Source: Octopus sinensis
Lineage: Eukaryota
Assembly (NCBI RefSeq): GCF_006345805.1
Contig: NC_043004.1
Location: 97,836,001 to 97,900,000, forward strand
Length of the DNA: 64,000 nucleotides
Reading direction: 5' to 3'
Positions 53,007-64,000 of this stretch are shown one piece after another (the stretch's first letter is position 1; the number at the start of each line of letters is the position of its first letter). Position numbers and translations under genes: made by a program. The notes beneath the pieces are model-generated. The model was not told where the DNA came from. It saw only the letters and a list, made by a program, of their open reading frames with translations, and made no database searches.

Positions 53007-53713
53007 ATTTTGATCATACGTGATATGTATTCCCCTAAGATTAAATTACCTTATATGAAAGCCAGACGTATTCCTCTTCTCCTTTGCACAGCTTTATTAC
53101 ACCACACCACCATACAAGCCGGTCGGTTTCTCATTCAAAAGACTATCTCCTCACTTATTATATATTAGTTTGAGTAATACGACAGGCTACACTGAAACAG
53201 CATATTTTTACTTCATTACCCTCTAGAAAATATACACTTGGTGGCGCCCTGGTAGTTTTAGAAATACTGATTTAGCCTTATGAAATAGCATATCGCTTTT
53301 TTTTACTGTAAAGTACTCTTAGAGGCAATACCCCGAGGGAGACATAAGATCTAACAAATGATTTTTACTTTCTTAAGTCTCATTTGACTTCGAAGTATAT
53401 GATTGATTGATTGATTGATTGATTCTAGTTTCAGCTCACGAGCTGTGGCCATGCTGGGGCACCGCCATTAGGAGAAAAATAGTGTATCTTACTTGTTTTT
53501 CCTAATTTAACGTTGTATTTTGGTAGATTAGAAAGATTTTTTAAATGTTTGTGCGTATGTATTGTGTAAATGCGTACCTATATACATATATATATATACT
53601 TTATTAAACTGTTTACATATCTGGAAGAAATCATTCAACAGTGTATATCTCAAAATAAGCGTTCATAAAAAAACGTTACCTGCATTCCATAAAACTCCAT
53701 ACATAAACACACG

Positions 53714-53765
<52 letters not shown>

Positions 53766-56700
53766 AACACACACACACAAACACACACATACACATACAC
53801 ACAAACACACATACACAGATTTTAAAGATGTGATTTTCCTAAGCCTTGCAATAAGGTTCTCTCTTGAGGTTTTAACACCAATTACTTCACGCCTTAGGTA
53901 ATAACTGAACATTATATAGAATTAATCTATATACTCAATGATGGGTTGTATAATTTTACTGTGACATTAGTTGAATTATTGGCTATGCTATATATATAAT
54001 ACCAAATATTTAAAGCAAATTAAAAACACCAGAGCTTCAATGAGCTTCCTTGTTTTTACTGAAATTCAAGAAGATAATTTCTTTCAAGGGTATAGATATA
54101 ATGAAGGATATAAGTGTATTCTAAGTCTTACAACAGAATAATCTGTCTCCGTAATGTATTGCAAATAATGTTTGTCTGGTTTTATCTGATCTCTTGTGGA
54201 ATTGAAACTTTCATTATTGATGTTTTTTTAGGAGAAAAAATAGTGTATCTTACTTGTTTTTCCTAATTTAACGTTGTATTTTGGTAGATTAGAAAGATTT
54301 AAAAGATGTTTGTGCGTATGTATTGTGTAAATGCATACGTATATACATATGTTTATATGTATATGTTTATATATGTGTGCATGCGTATATATATATATAT
54401 ATGTATAATATATACGCAGGTACTTACGCAAAACATACATAATTTGCAGGTGTTCACACGAACAATATACAAAATTAATGTACTGAATACATACAGGGGA
54501 ATATTACATACATAAATACATACATACATGTATGAGTGTGTGTGTGTGTATATATTTGTGTGTGCGTGCGCATGCGTGTGTGTTTGTGTGGGTGTACGCA
54601 TATTTGTCTTGTGAATGTGGGTGTAAAATAAGACTATAGGCCGTTAGAGATAATATATTTCGACTATAGCTTCCACTTTCGTATTATGCCAAGCAATAAT
54701 AAGAAGACAGAGTTACTAGTTTCAGACATATTCTTAACACATATAATTATTTACAGCTTAAAGTTTTGCATTTGGAAAAAAAAAAGTATTTTAACGAGGC
54801 GTAATACATTGCACATACATCGGACTTTGGAAAGTTAAATCGTTGGAAAGGCAAAGTATGGAAAGACGTATTATAAACAATAATGATATTATGGATGCGC
54901 CTATTTATTCGTTAAAACAGAAGAGAAAAATTAGGAAAAAAATGTGATTGTTCTTGTTTACTAGTTGAGTACTGATTTATTCTGACGTGTAAAAATGATC
55001 GTGGAAAGGTAAAAATGTGAAAATATTAAAGAGTGAATTGTAAATTATAGAAAGAAGAGAAGCATCCAATTTTGTGTTAGAATTAAAGAGGGAATGAAAT
55101 GAAACTGTATTGGTTTTAGCATATACTTAAATATTAATCTATTCAAATATATTCTTCCATGTTTAGTAGTTTTTGAAGTGTCGGCATCTAATGAAAATCT
55201 CTGCTCTCTCGTGTACCTAATTTTAATAACTCTCAAATGCTTTTCTTTTGCACAAAGCTTTTCTTAGCTATTTACAACTAGCAGCTTTTACCCCATTTTC
55301 CATTGCCCGCATCTCACGAGTATAATCAATAATAGTATGCTTTCCAAATTCTAGACTTTATTGAATAGCTTTGTTACATTCTTTCTTTGTTCTGTATTAC
55401 CGAATGAAGAAGTATGATTTAAGAATCACTGTTCAAATTTAATTTCTACCATAGCAATATAGTGTTAGCTCACGATTTTAGAGTTTGGTTGTGTAGAAGT
55501 GACTACAGTTCCATATATAATCGCTTCAACTTTTCATGATTGGTTAATAGGCAATGGGTTTATATTTCAGAATGCCGTTGTCTTCAGTAGTGGTTCAATT
55601 GACGATTACTCAGCCCCTTATCAATATGTGACCACTATCATAATAAACTTTAATTTCATTCTGGTCATTCTTTCTCACCACCTATAACTATTCACTTTCG
55701 TAGTCAACAACGACGTCTCTATATGTTTCATTGTTACAAATAGCAGCCATATTTGCACATAATCGCACGATTATATTTAAGACTACATTGGATTAAATAG
55801 CATAAAAACATGACGCCAGATCATAGCTGAGTCGCTTTTAAACATAAGTCTTCTCAGTTACAGTTGACTTACAAATAGAAAAACGATACAAAATCACTTT
55901 AACAGTAGAAAATTGCAATGTCTACAAGGCTCTCATATCTCCTTTCCTTTGATTTTCTTACTTCTAAGCGATATATCATGAATGCATTTGCTAAATCCGA
56001 GTGAGCTTACTACTTTTCGACGTTTGTGATAATATCTAAATTTCCAGTACCTTATATATTGGTACCATAAATCTAGGTTACCTCTTGATATATGGTACCA
56101 CTAGTAGTTAGAACTTTAAATCATTTGTAGTATTAATGCTGGTGATGATGACAATGTGAATTCTCTGTAACAGATTTAGATTTGTTTCCACACTTTCTAG
56201 TTCTTCTCTAAATGTAACCTTTAAGAATTGAATAAATAACAAAAATAATTATAATTGTAGAAAATTCTTAATCTTGCCCCGTTGGAGGAGTGGTTCGGCC
56301 AAAAGCGGCTCAGGACATTTTAAAATATTTTCCACTAAGTCAATTTTCTCGTCGTCCTCCTCATCATTATCGTCCTTACTGCTGCCATCACAACCCTCAC
56401 TCTCACGTTATCCCCACTATTATCAATGGGAAAAATGTATTGTTAAATTCTTTGGCCTGTATATCAGAAAAGGTGTGTGATAGACCAGTACAATGGCGGT
56501 TCCAAAATTGGCATGTGAATATTTATTTTTTTATTTGATGTTTAATTAATTAATAAATTAATTAATTGCAGCATAAAGTGAAGATTTAGCTTTCGTTCAA
56601 AAATGTTTTGTAGTGGTATCATCAGAATTTGAACATATAATACTATTGTTTAGAAAATATATATCTTAATATACAATTATAATCCACTTCGACAAGATTT

Positions 56701-57739
56701 TCAATGAAATTCTCCAGAATATTTCAAGATTCTGTGGATTCTTAATTGATTCATAAACTTCACTACACATTAGATTACATTTCAAATAGTATATTTAACC
56801 TTTTTCATGATGTCATGCCAAGATATCCTGTGAAGATATTTAAGACGGCAAATTGAGTCTTAGCATGAAATGATATAAGGAAGATTTAAAAGATACCATC
56901 AGCTACTAGTCACAACTAATCACTTTATGATAAGGAAACCAAGATTAAATAGAAAGTTCTTTAACAAAGATGAAACCTCCTCTCCAATCATAAATGAATG
57001 CAAAAGTTTCCTTTGCTGTATAAGAATATCAAAGAACCTTCATCATAATGGAAATCTACATTAAACTCTCGCTTTATTCCTAATTTTCAAGTTCTAAGCC
57101 TCTGAAGATCTGTTAAACATTTAAATATGATAGAAGGATAAATTTAAAGAAACAAAAAACAAAAGAAGATGAATAAATAAATACAATAAACAAAGTTCGC
57201 CGGTACTGAAAGGTTCAACTTTAGGCATCTTGATCTTTTGACATTTCGCAGTATAATTCTTGGCTTCATTCACCAACGTAATGTGAAAGCATGCATGCAA
57301 AGAGGAAATATATTTAGAGAGTAAAGCTAACGAGCTTCTGCAGTATTTCTAACTACGTTACATTCTCTGCGCTGTTTATAAACATTTTAGTCTGATAATT
57401 CCAATAATCTATTTGGTTATCGGGGCACCACTGAAGAATGTGTCTTCATATAATGCATCTAGAACAAGTTGCTGAAAGAAAAATAGAATTACCTAAGACT
57501 AATTATAGAGGAGGATTTGTGTATAATACAAGAAGCCCCCAAAAGCACATAATGATAGACCGTGGTCTCAGAACGTACATGAATGACTCTAATACATCTT
57601 TGTGTTTATTTCCACTTTAGAAGATTACTCTGTCGTTTGGAAAGGGACACGGTTCAGGAGCAATGGTATAAAAGGAGTAACACTGTTATTTGTTGGGTTG
57701 CGCAAATCTTGACTCAGCAGGTCAGGAAACCTATATATT

Positions 57740-58152
57740 ACTCTTTACTCTTTTACTCTTTTACTTGTTTCAGTCATTTGACTGCGGCCATGCTGGAGCA
57801 CCGCCTTTAGTCGAGCAAATCGACCCTAGGACTTATTCTTTGTAAGCCTAGTACGTATTCTATCGCTCTCTTTTTGCCGAACCGCTGCGTGACGGGGACG
57901 TAAACACACCAACATCGGTTGTCAAGTGGTGGGGGGACAAACACAGACACGCAAACACACACACACATATATATATATATACATATACATATATATGACA
58001 GGCTTCTTTCATGTTCCGTCTACCAAATCCACTCACAAGGCTTTGGTTAGCCCGAGGCTATAGTAGAAGACACTTGACCAAGGTGGCACGCAGTAGGACT
58101 GAACCCGGAACCATGTGGTTGGTAAGCAAGCTAATTACCACACAGTCACTCC
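57740..58152 (-). mobile_element. Full-length SINE family B
   Basis: Reverse complement of 52606-53006 with (ACTCTTTT)n tail. Confidence 0.9.
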
Positions 58153-60101
58153 AGTAATTTTGTTAGGTCTTTACATTTATGATAGTTAAGCATGTGCTAT
58201 ACAAACGGAATATGTACATAAATGAATAAAGACATACATGTATGTATAAACACATACTTATGTGTATGTATGTATGTATGTATGTATGTATGTATGTATG
58301 TATGTATGCATACACATACGAACAAACACACACACATGATAGAAGGATAATTTTCAGGAAACAAAACACAAAAGAAGATAAATAAATACACGAAATAAAG
58401 TTCGTCGGCTCAACTTATTGCATCTTGATCTTTTGACAGTTCGCAGTATAGTTCTTGGCTTCATTCACCAACGCAATGAAAAAACATCCATGAAAATACA
58501 TACATGCATACATACATACAATGTATATATGTATATACTTACACCCACACATATACACACACACATATGCATGTGTTTATATATATACGTAGTGCTTATA
58601 TATTGAAACAAATATAAAATTTTAAGAAATATATATTTTGAAATGTTTAGATACACGCTTGTCCCCACTCACTTTTTGTTCGTAAAGTGCATAAGACCAC
58701 GATATATATGCATATATGTAGATACTTACAAATATATACCAATATTTGCATTATATATATATATATATATGTGCATATATGTATGTGTATACGTATACAT
58801 ATATATTTTATTTATATATCTATATAAATATGTGTGTGTATGTATGTATGTATGTATGTATGTATGTATGTATGTATGTATGTATGTATGTATGCATAAG
58901 TATATTATTGTTTGCCATAATATCAAGTGGGAAGCATGCGTAAAAAATACTATAAGGTAAGAAAATATTCATTAGTAATTAAAGGTACTACAAGCAGCAC
59001 CAGCACGCTAAATATTGCAGCCAGAAGACGACCACATTTTTGATTTCTCCCTTGTCAGCTAATATACATACTATCATCGGAAGTGAACAACTGGAATATT
59101 TGGGCCTTCTTAAGGACTTCCTATTCTGCTTATTATGTTTGCCACTGATCAGAGACAGGATTTTGAGTTCAACGTATTGAAACATAGTGTAGTGGAGTGG
59201 TTAGGTAGGAATATCCAGTTATGCGCATGAAGCCAACCACTCGACCATGATCAAGCGAGTGCCTGCTCCCTTTGAAACGCAAAAACCTGACACAGTCTGG
59301 TATCTTTTTTGTGTCGGGTAAAATGTGAAAGGTGGTGCTGGAAATATTGCTGAGCCGCTAGAGCAGAGTCTGGTTGATACGCACTGTCTATTGGGGTAAG
59401 TGCAACGAGAGGCTCAGCTATTTTACACGTGGGACAAAAGACACAAGTACATCTGGAAAGATAACAAATGGTGAGATACGGGGTGTGGGATTATTGCTGC
59501 CAGAAACGTAGACTAATTGAGGAAGCCACATTATATGGCAGCCATCATATTTTGACTGATGATAGGCAATGCAACTAAGCTGTTGGTTTGACAGATGAGC
59601 GGAAGGCCATTTCTGTGAGGCTATTTTGAGGATAACTTAGATTACAAACGGGAGTGGCTTAGTTAATAATATTGTTAGTTTAAATTGATACATTGGATAG
59701 CACCATGACGATTATTCTGGTGTTTTATAATATTCCAGATATTGTATATGGAATGTGGCAATTCTGTAACATATGCATATATGTATGTGTATACGCATAC
59801 ATATATATTTTATTTATATATGTATATAAATATGTGTATGTATGTATGTATGCATAAGTATATTATTGTTTGCCATAATATCAAGTGGCAAGCATGCGTA
59901 AAATATACCATAAGGTAAGAAATTATTAATTAATAATTAAGGCTGCTACAAGCAGCACCAGCACGCTAAATATTGCAGTCAGAAGACGACCACAACCACA
60001 AATCTTCTCTGACACACATTAATTGAAAACGGAGAAATGAAGAGAAATTCTAAGCCCCCGTACTAATAACTGAAAGAATCGTAAACTGAAAAGCCAGACA
60101 T

Positions 60102-60160
60102 ACCCGTATCGTCACGATTTCGAACTTTATGAAAACGCCACTTAACTCTCGTCAGCGAGT
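60102..60160 (-). ncRNA. Type I hammerhead ribozyme (predicted intact)
   Basis: Minus strand ACUCG CUGACGA GAGUU-(17 nt)-AGUUC GAAA UCG-UGA-CGA UA|CGGGU has full core, three stems and AUA triplet. Stem I extends GGUCAG/CUGGCU to 60092/60170. Confidence 0.8.
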
Positions 60161-60432
60161 CTTACTGACCAGAGGCTCTTAGAAACCTGCCCCTCTCAAC
60201 AATGTGTGCGATGACCATTTTTAATGCTGCGGCAAATTTAAGAATGTGATCGGAGTGAATAATATATTATAAAAAATATATATATTAGGATATTATTGTT
60301 TACAATAATATTAATTGGCAAGCATACGTAAAAAAATATCAATAAGGTAAAAAAGTTATTAATTAATAATTAAGAGTGCTACAGGCCCTTCAATTTACGG
60401 TGAGCAAATATTCAAATAACTATTCATAAAGA

Positions 60433-60472
<40 letters not shown>

Positions 60473-60475
<3 letters not shown>

Positions 60476-61292
60476 TAGTTTTATTTTTATAGCGTGCTTT
60501 CACTTCACTACCGAGCGCAGCTCTGTGTGCCTTGGGTATGTGCTGTGATTTGTTGTGATGCTCTGATGGTTATTGTATGGAAAGTGTTCTGCGTAGGATG
60601 TGTGCAGTGCCTAGTAGTGCAATTTTCTGTATGTTATATGTGTTTGTAAGTCCTGGTGTTTTTGTTATGTATTTGTCTGAATATTTTTTATCATGCCTAA
60701 TGCACCTACTATGATAGGAATTGTTTCTGTTTTCAGGTTCCACATTCTAGTTACCTCTATTTCCAGGTCTTTGTATTTTGAGAGTTTCTCCATTTCTTTT
60801 AGAGACACGTTGTCATCTGCCGGTATTGATACATCAATTAGAAAGCATTTTTTTTCTTCATGATCTCTGACAACTATATGTGGTCTGTTGGCCTTAATTT
60901 CTCTATCTGTGTGTATCGGCATATCCCAGAGTATGGTTGCTTTCTCGTTTTCTGTGACCTTTTCTGGTGTGTGCCTATACCAACTTTTTTCTGTTGTTAT
61001 TCCATAATGTTGGCATAGCTTCCAATGTATGTAGGTTCCAACTCTGTCATGTCTGTGAATATATTCCTTCTTAGCTAGGACTGGGCAGCTAGAGATAATA
61101 TGATTTATTGTTTCTTGTCCATCTCCACATATTCTGCAGTTACTTGTAATATTTCTTTTCATTACATGTTTTTGGTAATTTCTGGTGGGGAGGCTTTGGT
61201 CTTGTGCTGCAATTAAAAATCCCTCTGTTTCTGCTTTGAGTCCTGAGCTTCTCAACCATTGCTGGGATTTTTCTTTGTCTATTTCTTTTACG
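60473..61292 (-). mobile_element. Young Dong LINE 3' fragment (CCHC-RLE)
   Basis: ORF 60665-61369 is near-identical to 16691-17377, with a 1-nt frameshift near the C-terminus; (ATT)n on both sides. Confidence 0.95.
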
Positions 61293-61348
<56 letters not shown>

Positions 61349-62204
61349 GAGTGGTGCGCAACTGACCAATATAAATCGAGCAAATGAACAAAATTTAACA
61401 TACTATCTCAGCTAAAAAAGCTGTAGAAAGAGATAATAGATATACCTGGATCATGATTTCAATTTCTAGCTAGTGCCTAAATTCTCGTCACCATGTCTTG
61501 CTATATCTAAAATTAAAAATCCAGCCCGTCTCGATCGAGTCGACTACGTTTTGAATAGTCCCGCGCCAAATTCAAAACAATTGCATGCATGATATAAAAT
61601 ATATATATATATATATATTATATATATAATAATATATATATATATATATGATATATATATATGTATGTATATATATAGTATATATATATGTATATGTATA
61701 TATATGATATATATACATGTATATATTTGTAAAAAATGAAGTTCGAAAATGCTGCTGTATTATACAAATTTTAATTTATATATATACATTATAACAAGTT
61801 CAGTTCCTGAAATGAACTTTATCAAAAAAAGTTATATATAAAAAAAGACAGCTCATGCCGTCAAACACAAGAAATTCATTTATAATACACAACGGAGTCA
61901 GACATCTTAGAGTTCATGTATAGTTGATATATAGTTCATGTATAGTTGATATATAGTTTGAAGTATATGTCAAAGTGTTCGATGCAGTGGCCCACGGTGG
62001 CGATACGTATTCAATACAAAAAACAGATCAAGTGGTGGTGGAAAGCGGTCAATACAGAAGATTGATGTTTCCGAAAGAGCGAGGAATTCATTTTTACCTT
62101 AAGCAAATGTGATGACCCATGGTGGATGTTCGCTGGGTGGTTCTAATGAGTTTTTGTGAAGTGTTCGGTTTTATAATGCCTGTTAGGTGGTCAATTCAGC
62201 GTAG

Positions 62205-62640
62205 CGTGACGTCATCAACGTTTTGACCAATCGTTTCGTTAGGTGGCTTTAGTCAAGTAGAACGGGACGTCATCATTATTTTGACCAATCGCTGCATTAT
62301 ACTGCCTCTTGTTTGTTTTCCTGTTTTGACCAGTCGCTTCGTTAGTCAAGTAGAACGGGACGTCATCATTATTTTGACCAATCGCTGCATTATAACTGCC
62401 TCTTGTTTGTTTCCTGTCCTGACCAGTCGCTTCGTTAGTCAAGCAGAACGGAACGTCATGCAGATTCTGCCCAATCACGACTTATAGCTACATTAGATCT
62501 GCCCCCTGTCTGTACTTGTTAGGTGACTATTCAAGCAGAAAAGGACGTCATCAATATTCTGACTAATGACTGTCCCCTGTTTGTATACTGTCCATTCTAG
62601 CTGAGCTAGACGTCATCAACTTGTTGCCCAATCAGAATCG
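62205..62640. repeat. 93-bp tandem repeat rich in GACGTCA and CCAAT motifs, next to the Penelope 3' end
   Basis: AGTCAAG(T/C)AGAACGG recurs at 62251, 62344 and 62437; further degenerate GACGTCATC..CCAAT units on both sides. Confidence 0.85.
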
Positions 62641-62849
62641 GGTGTGACCCTTAGCTGTATCGTATGTATCAGGGTCAGATTTGCACGAAATAATTTTTTT
62701 CCCCTTTTTTACTTAGGTATATTTCCGTCAGAGTGAGTGTCTGTCTGAAGTAGCGGTCATGGTGGAATTTTGCTTCTCCTTTTCGGAGGACTTATCTTTT
62801 GTTTTAGTATTCCTGGCCCAGGGTGTTTAAACTTGGTCTAAATTTTTTT

Positions 62850-63936
62850 ATGAAATATAGTTCTTTATTTTGGCGTTGTGTGAAGGTTGCGTTGTCACTG
62901 AATTATAGAGCGGGTTAGTTGTAAATTTCGGATTTACATTTCCAGCACATCTATCTATGTGTCCGCTGACCGGTATTTTGCGGTAATCAGGGTTTCTAAT
63001 TTGTGATTTATGCACCGCCATCCTGTTACGTAAGCTATTTTTTGTATGGCCTATATACTGCCTATTGCAGCCTGCGCATGTTATGACGTAAATTAAGTTT
63101 TCTGATGCGCAGGTGAAGTTTGTTCTAATGGTGAACTGGTGGCCTTGTTCCAGTATAAATTCTGATCCTTCTTTCAAGATGACACAGATCCGCAGTTGGG
63201 CCTTCCACATTTTCTAACTGCTGGTTTTGTGGTTGATGTTGAGTGCAGTGTAGCTTGGGTTAAAATCCTTTTCAAGGATTTTGGTTGCCGTTTACTTTTA
63301 ATGATGGTGTGTGTTTCGAGGATCCGGTTCATCTTTGGGTCTCCCTTTAGTAGGGCTGTGCTTTGTAGTATGGTGTTGAAGGCCTCATTGTTGAGTGGGT
63401 TGTGTGTAGAAATGTAGGGAAGGGTTTTTAATTGTTCTTTCTTTTTGTTTTGTTTGTCTCAGGTCTTCTATACTTAATTAAGTACCCGTTGGATTGCACT
63501 GTCTATTAGGGGCTGGGATAGTTTCTATTTGTGTGTGTGGTTCTAAGTTCCTGGAGACGTGTGTGTCGGGTGTTTGTGTCTGATATTATGGTGCAAATCC
63601 TTCTAGCTAACAAAAAAGGGACATTCATTCTAGTGTGTCGTGGGTGGCATGAATCAAAGGGTAGGTACTGTTTAGAGTCTGTCGGTTTATAGTAGATATC
63701 TGTCTATTTTGTGCCGGTTTTCTTAATGAGGATGTCTAAAAATGGTAATTCTTTTCGTTGTGGTCCATCGTGAATTGTATATTGTCATTTATTCCATTTA
63801 ATAGTATTTTAAATTACTCAAGTTTCTCTATACCTTTGTCCCAGATGATGAAACAGTCATCGAGGTATCTTTTCCAGTTGTTATGGATATAGGTGGCGAA
63901 GGTGTTTCCATATTTCTCGAGTGTCATCCGGTACAT
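62850..63936 (-). mobile_element. Penelope-like element: RT C-terminal half plus GIY-YIG endonuclease (disrupted)
   Basis: Manual translation WKRYLDDCFIIW, LPFLDILI, DIYYKPTDSKQYLPFDSCHP. ORF 62848-63210 contains LIYVITCAGCNRQYIGHTKNSLRNRMAVH. Confidence 0.93.
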
Positions 63937-63958
63937 GTATATATATATATATATATAT

Positions 63959-64000
63959 CTTTCTCTTTTACTTGTTTCAGTCATTTAACTGCGGCCATGC
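63959..64000 (-). mobile_element. SINE family B 3' tail (runs off the window)
   Basis: CTCTTTTACTTGTTTCAGTCATTTAACTGCGGCCATGC matches 57760-57795. Confidence 0.8.

Noticed and set aside
59040-59770. Possible solo LTR (TGTTACA start on the minus strand)
   Set aside because: No TSD, no matching second terminus and no second copy in the window; origin unresolved.
62717-62733. CUGACG-GAAAUAUAC at the Penelope 3' end, where a hammerhead would be expected
   Set aside because: No stem II between the two core halves; could be a deleted ribozyme but cannot be supported.

Overview
Eukaryotic, AT-rich, microsatellite-saturated, non-genic DNA. From the SINE families and microsatellite load it is most likely an octopus (coleoid cephalopod); this is my inference, not a database result. 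I recognise no host protein-coding gene, and almost all ORF-track entries are microsatellite read-throughs. The window is a transposon graveyard. It holds seven R4/Dong-clade (RLE-endonuclease) LINE pieces, three Tx1/L1-like 3' ends, four copies of an unnamed ~550-570 bp non-coding element, several tRNA-derived SINE families, two Penelope-like (GIY-YIG) fragments, a deleted Gypsy, an ancient CR1/Jockey-like RT, mariner relics, a non-autonomous Helitron and an 8-bp-TSD MITE. Two signals stand out. (1) Two apparently intact type I hammerhead ribozymes on the minus strand (37886-37935 and 60102-60160), each with an extended stem I and each inside a 330-430 bp partial tandem unit, resembling retrozymes or Penelope pseudo-LTRs; a core-variant and a degenerate hammerhead are also present. 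(2) A (TAA)n-microsatellite 'landing-pad' community: Dong LINEs, the unnamed element and a minimal tRNA SINE always read (TAA)n on their sense strand, while Tx1-like ends and another SINE read (ATT)n. One SINE family also appears to share its 3' tail with the Tx1-like LINE. All structures and alignments were read by eye and need computational confirmation.
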